Positions 1-9,294 of a stretch of DNA of 64,000 nucleotides are shown here, piece after piece. The stretch comes from Candidatus Thorarchaeota archaeon (GTDB lineage: Archaea > Asgardarchaeota > Thorarchaeia > Thorarchaeales > Thorarchaeaceae), in NCBI GenBank assembly GCA_019057475.1, contig DXJO01000038.1, positions 32,001-96,000 on the forward strand, given 5' to 3'. The notes beneath the pieces were generated by a model. That model was given only the letters and a program-made list of their open reading frames with translations, ran no database searches and was not told where the DNA came from. The stretch's first letter is position 1. Every line of letters starts with the position of its first letter. Both the position numbers and the translations under genes were made by a program.

Positions 1-1269
1 GAGATCAAGAGTATTTGCATGTTAAGCACACACGGCTACGTTGATTTTGAACCTCAGCTAGGTAGAACGGACACTGGCGGGCAGGTCGTATACGTGCTCC
101 AGCTGTCCAAGGCTCTTTCCAAACAGGGCATAATAGTCGACATCTACACTAGGTGGTTTGACAAATTAAAAGAAAGCGTTGAGCATGACCTCGGTGATAA
201 CAATCTGAGGATAGTCCGAATACCTGCAGGACCCATGGAATTCGTACCAAAGGAAGAGATCTATGACATTCTGCCTGAGTTGGCTGACAATATGACCAAG
301 TTCATCCGAAAGAATGAGTTGAACTACGACCTATTTCATGCGCACTACGTTGATGCGGGAGTAGTGGCGGTGATTGTGGCCAAGGCTCTTGACAAACCTG
401 TCTTCTTTACCTCACACTCCCTTGGTGCTTGGAAACGCGAGCGGATGAAAGGACATTCTGAGGAAATGGAGAAGAAATACAGGTTCAACCAAAGGATTAG
501 GGATGAACAGATGGTCTTCCGTGCAGTCAATGGACAGACCGCCACAACGAAGGCTCAGATACAGATCATGAAATTACTCTATGACTTCCAGTCCGAGAAC
601 ACTGTGATTATCCCTCCCGGCGTTGATATTGAAGCATTCCATCCAGAAGAAGCATCAGGCGATTCGGAGTTGCCAGCGAACTATATCTTCTGTCTCAGCA
701 GAATCGATGAGAATAAGGGACACGAGGTCCTCCTCAATGCCTTCGACCTTGTGCGGCGGAAAGTGTCGGGTATTCACCTGGTGATAGGTGGAGGGTCTCC
801 ATCCCCCAAACCTAGAGAAGTGAAGCTTCTCAAAAAGATTCAGAGAATAATCGAGGAGCACGGCATGGGTGACCTAGTCCATGTCATAGGATATGTCCCA
901 GACGAGAAAATGCGTGCTCTCTATAAGCGAGCAAGGTTGTTCGTGCTCCCTTCAACTTTCGAGCCATTTGGCATGACCGCCTTGGAAGGCATGGCCTGCA
1001 GAACGCCAACTGTGGTATCCAAGTTCGCAGGAATATCCGAGTTCCTACATGACCACAGGGACTGCATTATCACAGATCCTACGAGCCAAGAGGAGTTCTC
1101 AATTGCCATTGTTGAGTTGCTGGAGAACAGGGAACTTGCAGAGAGAATCGGCCGGGCGGGACTGGCCCTAGTCCGCGATAGATTCAGTTGGGAGGCCATC
1201 GCTGAGAAGCACATGGAGTTCTACAGAGATTTCATGAACAGACCACCAGATGCCAAGTCGGAATCATGA
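1..1269 (+). CDS. GT4 glycosyltransferase, sucrose-phosphate/mannosylfructose-phosphate synthase-like (probably 5'-truncated by the window edge)
   Basis: HG..DTGGQVVYV motif typical of SPS/SuSy; C-terminal EPFGMTALEGMAC GT-B motif; the frame is open from base 1 (EIKSICMLS). Confidence 0.8.
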   Translation, partial: EIKSICMLSTHGYVDFEPQLGRTDTGGQVVYVLQLSKALSKQGIIVDIYTRWFDKLKESVEHDLGDNNLRIVRIPAGPMEFVPKEEIYDILPELADNMTKFIRKNELNYDLFHAHYVDAGVVAVIVAKALDKPVFFTSHSLGAWKRERMKGHSEEMEKKYRFNQRIRDEQMVFRAVNGQTATTKAQIQIMKLLYDFQSENTVIIPPGVDIEAFHPEEASGDSELPANYIFCLSRIDENKGHEVLLNAFDLVRRKVSGIHLVIGGGSPSPKPREVKLLKKIQRIIEEHGMGDLVHVIGYVPDEKMRALYKRARLFVLPSTFEPFGMTALEGMACRTPTVVSKFAGISEFLHDHRDCIITDPTSQEEFSIAIVELLENRELAERIGRAGLALVRDRFSWEAIAEKHMEFYRDFMNRPPDAKSES

Positions 1270-1352
1270 AATAGAACTGAGAGTTCTTCACCTCACAATT
1301 GCTTGGTGTCCTTAGTGACAAGGAAGAAACTCGAAACCCAAAAAACAAGAAA

Positions 1353-1581
1353 GCCGCCCGAGTCTAAGCCCCGACAGGTGTTCGATGATTTCTCGTTCGG
1401 CGCTGCTGTCTTAGTCGCGTCGTTTTACACTCATCGTAAGCGGTTCGTCGCTCAGCTTTGCCTCTCGCCAATCAGCCCTTCATGCTGTCTTAGTCGCTTT
1501 GCCATCTTTCGATTGGGTTTCTGGCTTCGCTCAGCATGACCAGACTCAGCACGTCTGTCGTTAGCGTACTCCTCGGACGGC
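1353..1581 (-). ncRNA. Putative 229-nt structured non-coding RNA of unknown family
   Basis: 10-bp terminal helix GCCGUCCGAG/CUCGGGCGGC; TATA-like TTTATCTTTATTT at 1601-1613 (minus strand); U-rich tract immediately 3' (1337-1352); exact internal 15-nt repeat at 1404-1418 and 1483-1497. Confidence 0.6.
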
Positions 1582-1718
1582 TATCTAACTATTTAGACGC
1601 AAATAAAGATAAACTTTGTGAATGACACTGGAGCAGGATTGCTGAAAGCAATCAGGTTCATCTATGCATTGCTCTGTCCTGCAAATGGCAAGGCAATCAC
1701 GATAAGGAAGAGGGCAGC

Positions 1719-2462
1719 CTATGCTTCGAATAGGCCATTTGCTTTCAGGATCATGGCAAGGTAACGATGAGGTGGAACCTGTACGACACGCCCCAAATCA
1801 ACATTCAAGATGTAGATGGAGTCAAGTGCAGTCTGAGCAAGCAAGTCCATTGCGATTGATGGCGACGAGTAATAGGTATCACAGAGAGCCTTCAGTTGCT
1901 GCAGTTCTTTCTTTTTGCGATCCTCTGGAAAACGGAGAAGGATTTCAGGTACTTGTAGAACATGGTAACCGGGTGTGGCTAGGGCGAATCTTTGGCTATG
2001 ACCACTATACCGGGCTATCTTTGCAGCAATCCGTGCCTGTCTATAGCGTATGGGTGCGAGAGCAGCCTCTGGCGGTACGAATCCGGTTTCCACTTCTACC
2101 ACTAGTGTTTTCCTAGGCCCTGGCGTAGTATTGTCCCTTCTGTATGGCTTCTGGTCGCTACGACTAGGTGAGTCTGTCGAAAATGCTGATTCTTCTGAGC
2201 GAGAGCTCACAGCATATATGTCGGCAACTAGGGCGCCACCATCAAGCGGATGTTCCACAACTACTCGGTACCCATGCTCAATTAGATGCCAGGCACAAAG
2301 AACCTCCATTACACTGTGGTTGATCTTCACGAGGCGTCGCTTGTGAAGGCTCACCAGCCTATTCCGGACTTCAACCAGCTGCTGCATCACTTTTGGATTT
2401 GGCCTAGGCTTGATTTGCATAAGCAGACGGTCCAAATCTCGGGAGAACTTGTCTTTCGCCAC
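1719..2462 (-). CDS. Conserved archaeal hypothetical protein with PD-(D/E)xK nuclease-like motifs
   Basis: GY.V.VEH..LVADIYA...VVEVETG pattern; KINHSVME and ARIAAKIARYS blocks resemble a conserved archaeal family. Confidence 0.55.
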   Translation of the reverse strand: MAKDKFSRDLDRLLMQIKPRPNPKVMQQLVEVRNRLVSLHKRRLVKINHSVMEVLCAWHLIEHGYRVVVEHPLDGGALVADIYAVSSRSEESAFSTDSPSRSDQKPYRRDNTTPGPRKTLVVEVETGFVPPEAALAPIRYRQARIAAKIARYSGHSQRFALATPGYHVLQVPEILLRFPEDRKKKELQQLKALCDTYYSSPSIAMDLLAQTALDSIYILNVDLGRVVQVPPHRYLAMILKANGLFEA

Positions 2463-2570
2463 GATGTCACCAACTCAGTTCTTACTGTGCTGTGGACTCT
2501 CGTGCCTTTTGATATGAAGTCCCTAAGAGCCTACCGCTGTTCTGGTTGGAGTTTCATAGGAAGGAGGGGA

Positions 2571-2843
2571 GGCTTACCCCGAAAGCCCGGAGGAATGCTC
2601 GTCATTCTAAACGGAAATCCTCACGGCCCCAGAGCTTGTCAGGCTCGAAAGGGTCATCCGTGGCTGAGTACTGTGAACAGGCGACTCTCGAGTCGTTTGA
2701 GAGTGCTACCGATCCCGCCATGGCAAAAACCGCGGAAACACCGTCTGCCGCCATCGACGCTCTAAAGGCCTCTGACAGTCATGGCAAAGCAGTGCAGCGG
2801 ACTGAAGCTCAGTCTGGAAAGAGGGATAATGTTCCTGTGAAGT
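2571..2843 (+). repeat. Direct repeat copy 1 of the tnpB 3' region (orphan omega-RNA-like fragment)
   Basis: Aligns ungapped to 15883-16155 with about 19 mismatches in 273 nt (counted by eye). Confidence 0.95.
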
Positions 2844-2885
2844 TAGGGTACTATCCTCTTTGCTGGGAACATTGATGTGTGCACA

Positions 2886-3209
2886 TCAGCTATTTGGACT
2901 CTCCTGAGGGGTAATTCTGTAGTAAAACACATTCTTGCCCAAGGTGAACTTAGCAATCAGTCCCTTGTTTTTGAGTCTAGTTAGGGTTCTTCGTATCTGA
3001 TTTGCCGGCTTCCCGACTAGGTTGGATATTTCACGTATGGTATGAGTCGCATCACAAAGAAGATAGACTATCTTCTGTTCTCCCGTCAAGGCATATCTCT
3101 CAGGCTGTGCAGGTGAAATATGCATCTGCAGTAGTGCTGACAGTAGACCCGATATCCTATCTAATATAACCAGCAGCTTATTCTCAAACTCATTGTTTCT
3201 CGATGTCAA
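2886..3209 (-). CDS. Small winged-helix DNA-binding protein (MarR/ArsR-like)
   Basis: TIREISNLVGKPANQIRRTLTRLKNKGLI HTH followed by a beta-wing (NVFYYRI). Confidence 0.7.
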   Translation of the reverse strand: MTSRNNEFENKLLVILDRISGLLSALLQMHISPAQPERYALTGEQKIVYLLCDATHTIREISNLVGKPANQIRRTLTRLKNKGLIAKFTLGKNVFYYRITPQESPNS

Positions 3210-3437
3210 CTTGCTACTTCTCCATAACTCTTAGATCCGTTGATGGCATCTTGAGTGGAATCTAACTGAAACGCCAAGATATGACACCAATAAGGGATAT
3301 TTATGCTTCCTTTGTTAGTCAGAACTAGGCCAATCGTTGTCTGTGTAATTAAGAAATTACTTGGCAGGCACAAACCAGCCGCCATACGATCATTTCAATT
3401 GACTGATTTACAATGCCTCTTAGAGATATGAACATCA

Positions 3438-4268
3438 TCATTTCTTCTTCTTGACGAGCCGGCCCTTCTCGTCCATTACTCCTTTTATGATTCCTATGAT
3501 TCGAAGCAGCATAATCACAGCTGCGTTTGCATTTTTCCTAATCGAAATCATCTTCTTCTTAGTGACGAAATCTACGACGCTATGCGCTGACTCATTTCCT
3601 TTCCTTCGAAGGCCCTTGATAGAAGCCAGATGGTTTTTCGTGAAACCATACTTCACATAGTCACCAGATATCTGCTCGAAGTTTAGAACTAAGGATTTTA
3701 GGGGGAGAAAACGGTTCGTACCATCATCAAAATACATCTTATGTTGATTCGTCGGTTCATACTTAAAGCGTAGAATATCAATTACTAGATTCTCCACCAG
3801 CTTTCTCAGCATGACACGTGCAGAGGAAAATGCTTCGTACTCAAAGCAGGTGTTAATCTCATCGATTAGCAAACTGTATACCTTGTCAACTCTATACACG
3901 TTTTCAATGTCTATGAAGTCAGGTTGCGAAGGCATCTTCCGGCTAGGTACACTAGTTTCCGCTTTTTCTCCGGGCAAATACATTTGTCCGGGAACTACCA
4001 TTGGGATTTCTTGGGCTAGATCCTTGAACTTCTGTGCAGAACGTTTCCTCATCACGAAGACCATAGTTTCTTTCTTGCATAATGGACATTCGACTCTGCA
4101 AATTCCTTTCTGTATATCCTCACCTGACCGACCTATTTTCATCTGGAATTTGCTGTACTCTTCCGGTTTGAAGTAGAATGCATACCACCCATGCTTGTCA
4201 AAAGCCAGTCGGAGATTCCTACCACAGTCTTCAGTTTGACAGACGATAGGAATGACTACTCCGCTCAT
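3438..4268 (-). CDS. Zn-ribbon + HEPN/DUF4145-like protein (putative RNase toxin)
   Basis: N-terminal CxxxxC...CPLC; C-terminal EINTCF..ARVMLRKLVE and RRKGNESAH (RxxxN/H HEPN-type motif). Confidence 0.6.
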   Translation of the reverse strand: MSGVVIPIVCQTEDCGRNLRLAFDKHGWYAFYFKPEEYSKFQMKIGRSGEDIQKGICRVECPLCKKETMVFVMRKRSAQKFKDLAQEIPMVVPGQMYLPGEKAETSVPSRKMPSQPDFIDIENVYRVDKVYSLLIDEINTCFEYEAFSSARVMLRKLVENLVIDILRFKYEPTNQHKMYFDDGTNRFLPLKSLVLNFEQISGDYVKYGFTKNHLASIKGLRRKGNESAHSVVDFVTKKKMISIRKNANAAVIMLLRIIGIIKGVMDEKGRLVKKKK

Positions 4269-4322
4269 GCAATATCACCACAGACAGACAACATCAGCTC
4301 GAATACAACTGCTCGTGTCCAT

Positions 4323-4755
4323 CTACACTGCGGAGTCCATCTTCTTTTCACACTTAAAAATGACTTCTCCTGCCATTTGAAGTGCCCAACAAATCCTATC
4401 AGGCCTGATCGCGTAGTTGTCACCTTCTTTCTCGAATCCGTCAGCGAGGCCTTCCTGTTTACTTGAAAGATATGTCGCAAGAGAGTCAGGATTAATCATC
4501 AATACATTCTGCAACTCATCTTTCGACATCCCTTGAGGATACTGTAACATCAATGCGCATACAATCTTCTGCTTTGCAGTAGCAGTTCCCTCGGGGAACG
4601 AGATTGCAGTCGCATATTGGTCCGATGCCAACATATGTCGCAACCTTGAGCTTAGTTAATCCAATCTCAATTTCTATCAATGCATCCGACCAATTTTCAA
4701 ATTCGCCGACTTGCAGTTCGTAGTTATTATAGAATGCTGAGAACGTCCGCTTCAT
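4323..4755 (-). pseudogene. Frameshifted member of the winged-helix paralog family
   Basis: ORF 4516-4755 matches the N-terminus of 5808-6302 (NWSDA motif), and ORF 4323-4643 in another frame matches its C-terminal wHTH; frame switch near 4620-4640. Confidence 0.7.
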
Positions 4756-5007
4756 TTTGACAGTACCTCCTACATCAGTGCACTACCCCATTTCCTCCAT
4801 TTTAATCTGGCGTATCGTGATGACTACATCATTAACTTGGGAATCCTTCGAGCAAGAAACATCATAGTGAATTGTGAAACGGTGGAGTCGCTTAACATAA
4901 TTACTACTCATGCAAAGATTAGTTGTTATAAACCCGGTCCACTAATGATGGGCGATAATCAAATATCGGTCTTCTTCATTTAATTAGCCTGACTCTGATA
5001 ATATAAC

Positions 5008-5562
5008 TTGGGTTCTCCTGCGAAGGTGATTAAGCGTATGGAAGAGATTGAAACTAAGGGGGTTATGCTGGAAAGAACTGTACGAAACACGATCGTGCGC
5101 ATCACTGCAAAGAACGGCGAATCTCTTGATGAAGCATACAATAGGCTCGCCGAAATATGCCAGAGTATTGAGGATACTGAAGCAGCCAAAGAGCGCGAGA
5201 AGTGGACTGAGGATATGCACCCAGAGGTGGAAGAAGCCACATCAAAAGTAGAGGCTCTCCTTGGTTTGGATGCCAATGAGAGAAGAGGAGTAAGCCTAAC
5301 AGATGAGTATCACATGGTTATACTGTCACTGCTAATGCATTTTGACGAGTGCAAGGGTTCCGTTTCCATCGCCAAGGAATGGAATATTAACAGCGGCAGA
5401 GTTTCACGAGTCTTCACAGCGTCGCGCAAGAAGCATGAGAAGTACAAGGGGCATTTCGAGAAATGCAAGATGGGAGGTTACCGTTTCACTAGAGAAGGCC
5501 TAAATCACGCATTGGAATATGGGGTGTCCGCGATATTGGGCGAAGAGAGTGATGTCGGCTAG
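5008..5562 (+). CDS. wHTH paralog family protein
   Basis: LDEAYNRLAEI N-module; HMVILSLL..SIAKEWNINSGRVSRVF..GGYRFTREGL wHTH. Confidence 0.7.
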   Translation: MGSPAKVIKRMEEIETKGVMLERTVRNTIVRITAKNGESLDEAYNRLAEICQSIEDTEAAKEREKWTEDMHPEVEEATSKVEALLGLDANERRGVSLTDEYHMVILSLLMHFDECKGSVSIAKEWNINSGRVSRVFTASRKKHEKYKGHFEKCKMGGYRFTREGLNHALEYGVSAILGEESDVG

Positions 5563-5807
5563 CAAGCTCTAGTTTCGTGAGTAGGTCATTTCCCGATTAG
5601 ATGTCGGAAGCAAATAGTTCGCGTTTCTTCATACCTAAATTGGAGTGTTAAGCATTCAATCTGGTTTCAGAGTCATGCTGCCTAGGATCCCCCATTGACA
5701 TCTCCTCTCATTCGATACCAACAAAGCTAATGCTGATGATTTGATGAAAAAGATTTAGTATAGGTTCGGTACTCTCAGCCAACGCGCAAGCAAAGGACCA
5801 TGGTAGT

Positions 5808-6302
5808 ATGACAAAGGAAGAGGAATCTATAGATGACAGTGGGGACTGGGTAGAGCTGCAGATCAAGCATGGCAATACCATACTGTCAGTGGGTGGACAC
5901 AACTGGTCTGACGCCATAGCAAAGGCAGCTCTTGGAAAGATGAAATGCAGAATTGCTGCAGTTGCAGGTTACGCAACAGAGTACAGTTCGGAGCTGAAAC
6001 AGTGGGTCATTGTGTTTGGAGAACCCATAGGCCAAATCAAGAGTCGAATTGCACTAGCGTTGCTGTTAGCTTTTCCAGAAAGGCTCTCAAGGGAGGAGTT
6101 GGTGAAGATGGTCGACATCAAGCCAAATCGGATTAGGGAGTATCTTACCAACACGAAAAAAGGCGTCAAACCCCACGTAGACGAAAACAAGAAGTCCGGC
6201 ATTATTCTGAATACCAAGGGCTACTCATGGGCGGTTGGGATTCTGGAATCAATTGAAGAAGCTAGATCCCACGAATCGAAAGGTGATGATATTGAGCAGT
6301 GA
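5808..6302 (+). CDS. wHTH paralog family protein
   Basis: SRIALALLLAFPERLSREELVKMVDIKPNRIREYL..IILNTKGYSW. Confidence 0.7.
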   Translation: MTKEEESIDDSGDWVELQIKHGNTILSVGGHNWSDAIAKAALGKMKCRIAAVAGYATEYSSELKQWVIVFGEPIGQIKSRIALALLLAFPERLSREELVKMVDIKPNRIREYLTNTKKGVKPHVDENKKSGIILNTKGYSWAVGILESIEEARSHESKGDDIEQ

Positions 6303-6765
6303 TCAGACAGATTTGAAGATTCGATTGAGTAGAACGATGAATAACATCCAGATTGAAGTCTGGCTAAGCAGCGAAGATGAGTTCAGAGAAGGCTATGCGC
6401 TTCTCAGACGACTCTGCGAAAGGGCAGAATTTGAGGAACTCAGACTAGACCTGGGTCAATTTAGAGTCAGAGATGATGAAGGACACAGAATAGCTGAGCA
6501 AGTTACTGAGGGTACGCACAGAGTAGCTCTATCACTCCTTGATAGTTGGCCAGATTCCAAGAGAGTCACCGACATTCAAGTTGAAACCGGACTATCACAG
6601 GGACACGTTTCGAATATACTCGAGGGCCGTCGAGGCGACGTGGGACACTGGTTCGAGAAGGAGAGAGATCTCTGGAAGCTATCACCCATTGGAGTGAGAG
6701 CCATTGTCGAAGAGGTCGTTCCAGCCCTGTTTGAGCAACAACGTTCTGGAGGGGGAACTCAATGA
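6235..6765 (+). CDS. wHTH paralog family protein (true start may be slightly downstream)
   Basis: HRVALSLLDSWP..DIQVETGLSQGHVSNIL..WKLSPIGV..VVP. Confidence 0.75.
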   Translation: MGFWNQLKKLDPTNRKVMILSSDQTDLKIRLSRTMNNIQIEVWLSSEDEFREGYALLRRLCERAEFEELRLDLGQFRVRDDEGHRIAEQVTEGTHRVALSLLDSWPDSKRVTDIQVETGLSQGHVSNILEGRRGDVGHWFEKERDLWKLSPIGVRAIVEEVVPALFEQQRSGGGTQ

Positions 6766-7286
6766 ACGCCAACGAAGAACAGGAGTTGACAGTCGAGATT
6801 GAGAAGTCTAGGAGCGGCACGAAGATTCGAGTTGTGGGAATATCCGCAAGTACGGACGAAGCGCAATTCGATCAAGCATACAAACTAGCGGATGAACTTT
6901 ATAGGAGAATCGAAACACTCGACCTTGAAATTGAATCGGAAAACAAAATCCAACAGGCCAAGAATCAAGTTTCTCATCTTTGGGTTCAAGAGGAAAACAA
7001 ATGGAAACTCTCCGCTTCTGTTACGGAGGCATCACACCGAATCGCACTGTCACTCCTTAGAAGCTATCCGAAGTGCATAACTCAAGCAGATGTAATCAGA
7101 GAAACAAACATAGCTCAGAAGACTGTCAGCAATCATCTAGGAGGACGAAAAAAGGAGGTTCGCATATATTTCTCGAAATGTGATGGCGGTTATCAACTAA
7201 GCCAAGATGGACTCAATTGGACCATCACGAAGGTCATTCCCAAGGCCATTGGCCAAGAGATGCCGAATGAAAGGAAAGAGGAATAG
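6762..7286 (+). CDS. wHTH paralog family protein
   Basis: FDQAYKLADELY N-module; HRIALSLLRSYP..VIRETNIAQKTVSNHL..GYQLSQDGLNW..VIP; ATGA overlap with the previous gene. Confidence 0.75.
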   Translation: MNANEEQELTVEIEKSRSGTKIRVVGISASTDEAQFDQAYKLADELYRRIETLDLEIESENKIQQAKNQVSHLWVQEENKWKLSASVTEASHRIALSLLRSYPKCITQADVIRETNIAQKTVSNHLGGRKKEVRIYFSKCDGGYQLSQDGLNWTITKVIPKAIGQEMPNERKEE

Positions 7287-7289
7287 TTA

Positions 7290-8264
7290 ATGACTGATTC
7301 CGACAAACAAACCTTCTTGATCAGGAAGAAATCAGCAGGACTGGAAATCGAAACACGAGTTGATGAGAAGAATCTCGATAATGCATACCTAAAATTGGAG
7401 GAATTATGGGCACATTTCAGTCAATTGGATGAAGAGTTGGAACCCAAACGAAAAATTCGCGATCTAGTGAAAGAATGTCAGAAGTACTGGGTTCGGAAAG
7501 ATGGGAAACGGTACCTAGCGAAGGACGTTGCTTCTGTATCTCATCGAGTCGGACTATCTGTGCTCGATGGGGGCAACAAAGGAAAGAGCCTGAAGGCCAT
7601 TGCCGACGAAACCGGGTTGTCTTCACCCCTTGCGCGGTATCACCTAACTGACGCCAAGGGAGCATCAGGGTGGTGCTTACAAGATGAAAAAAGACATTGG
7701 AAACTAACACCGGAGGGATTGGAGCACGTTACAAACATAGTAATTCCGTATTTACAGGGCCGTCACGGAAATGAACTCCACATGATTCTGAAATGGATGA
7801 ATAACAGAATATACAAGGGTCAGTTTGATAGCTGGATACTCGGCAAGGTCCAAGGAAAGGTGGACAAAACCAACTTCTTGGAATATGCCGTTGGATTGCT
7901 CCTATCAGCTTTAGGTTTCCTAGTATACCAAGTGGGCATGTATAACGATAGATTCGATATCGTTGCCTGTCCGCCAGATGGGTCTATCATGCTGGTATGT
8001 GACTGTACAACAGGTTCAGTCAGAAAGAAGTCATCGGGTCTCAGCATAGTCGTGGAAGAACTCAGGACCGAATTTCCAGAGATGCACGTAGAGGGTGTTG
8101 TTTTCACAACGGAAAGAATTAGTAAGACTGATCGAAAGGATTTGCTTAGCGACAAGATTGGGATTGTTGATGCAACTCAGATCAAGGAACTCCTCAAGCT
8201 AGCAAAATCCGATCGAAATCCCGAGCTGTTGTTTGATGTCATGAGGAAGAAGGAAACGCGATAG
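7290..8264 (+). CDS. wHTH paralog fused to a C-terminal Mrr-like restriction endonuclease domain
   Basis: LDNAYLKLEELW N-module and wHTH, then FLEYAVGLLLSALGF..RFDIVA..LVCDCT..GVVFT..IGIVD (PD-(D/E)xK-like fold, with a non-canonical third residue). Confidence 0.65.
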   Translation: MTDSDKQTFLIRKKSAGLEIETRVDEKNLDNAYLKLEELWAHFSQLDEELEPKRKIRDLVKECQKYWVRKDGKRYLAKDVASVSHRVGLSVLDGGNKGKSLKAIADETGLSSPLARYHLTDAKGASGWCLQDEKRHWKLTPEGLEHVTNIVIPYLQGRHGNELHMILKWMNNRIYKGQFDSWILGKVQGKVDKTNFLEYAVGLLLSALGFLVYQVGMYNDRFDIVACPPDGSIMLVCDCTTGSVRKKSSGLSIVVEELRTEFPEMHVEGVVFTTERISKTDRKDLLSDKIGIVDATQIKELLKLAKSDRNPELLFDVMRKKETR

Positions 8265-8319
8265 CTATTCTATGCCCAAACGCTCCATAAACAGCTTTGG
8301 TTACTCACTCTTGCATTGT

Positions 8320-9204
8320 TCACTCACTTGGGCGCAGGACAGAACTCATGTATTCCCTTACTCTCTCCGTTTCGAAGAAGTAGTACAATCCATCATCTGA
8401 TAAACGGAAACCTCTCTTGCATTTTGAGAAGTATTGAGAGTGGTCATGCTGTATCCCCGTTATGATTCGGGAAATGGATGACTTAACCAGACCAGTTTCC
8501 AAGGCGATTTCTTGCAGAGTCCTGCAATCGGGGTACGCTCTAAGGAGTGAAACCATAATCTTGTAAGGGGGCTTTGACTCTTCGGACTTTCTGCCAAGAG
8601 CTTCAAGCGAGCCATCATTTACATAGATAGACCAGTGACCGTCTTCCCTGCGCCAGAGATTAGTAGTCCCCTGTTTTGCACGCTTAATCATTTCATCGAA
8701 CTCTTCAGTTACATAGTCAATGGATTGAACCGGATGTTTCTCTGGAAGGGCATTGAGGACACGCAGAATCTGGTCCTGAACCTTCCGTGGGCTCTTCACA
8801 GATGTGGAATTCCCAAAAATTCTCTTGTATTCGATGACGTAGTAGCTTTTAGTGTCGAAAGGAAGTTCTCTTATCTTTTGAGTGAGTAGAATAAATGGCT
8901 TGCTCAAACCCCATGCAAGACCTAACTCTAGGAAGACATTCGGATTCGAGCCTGACAGGTCAGCAATAATCGCCCTAGATTCTTGTATGTTGGCACATAT
9001 CTTGCACCAAATCTCGGGTTTGCTCAAGTCGGAATCGGCTCTATGAACAGTCCAACCTGGCAAAGATTTCAGAACATCGTGAAATAGGCTCTGGGGCGCC
9101 TCCTTCTCTCGAAAGGGCATAAGCACAAACAGTTTGCGTGGATCATACTTCACGTTGACACCACACCGCTCGTAGTTCTTCGGGCATATGATTGGTATAC
9201 TCAT
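8320..9204 (-). CDS. Nucleoside 2-deoxyribosyltransferase/TIR-like domain fused to the family wHTH
   Basis: LFVLMPF..RAD..IQESRAIIADLSGSNPNVFLELGLAWGLSKPFILL; C-terminal SLLRAYP..EIALETGLVKSSISRI..GFRLSDDGL. Confidence 0.75.
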   Translation of the reverse strand: MSIPIICPKNYERCGVNVKYDPRKLFVLMPFREKEAPQSLFHDVLKSLPGWTVHRADSDLSKPEIWCKICANIQESRAIIADLSGSNPNVFLELGLAWGLSKPFILLTQKIRELPFDTKSYYVIEYKRIFGNSTSVKSPRKVQDQILRVLNALPEKHPVQSIDYVTEEFDEMIKRAKQGTTNLWRREDGHWSIYVNDGSLEALGRKSEESKPPYKIMVSLLRAYPDCRTLQEIALETGLVKSSISRIITGIQHDHSQYFSKCKRGFRLSDDGLYYFFETERVREYMSSVLRPSE

Positions 9205-9294
9205 AACTCTACACTTTCTCGGAAGAATCAGCTGCAGCTGCCCTGCTTCCCGTGCCCGATTCCCATGAATCGCATGTTAATTTGCCACTCAAGT

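Noticed and set aside
1353-1581. Assignment as SRP RNA, RNase P RNA or a c-di-GMP riboswitch
   Set aside because: Only fragmentary resemblance (GGCUUA near the 3' end, a GAAA tetraloop, GCAAAG); diagnostic motifs are absent, so it is left unassigned
2546-2875. 109-aa ORF similar to the TnpB C-terminus
   Set aside because: It is only the translation of the repeated segment, has no RuvC core, and is better explained as an RNA scaffold or repeat
5008-9204. ESCRT-II-like (Vps22/25/36) interpretation of the wHTH array
   Set aside because: Single wHTH per protein with HTH-regulator-like recognition helices, no ESCRT-III/Vps4 neighbours, and defence-type fusions instead
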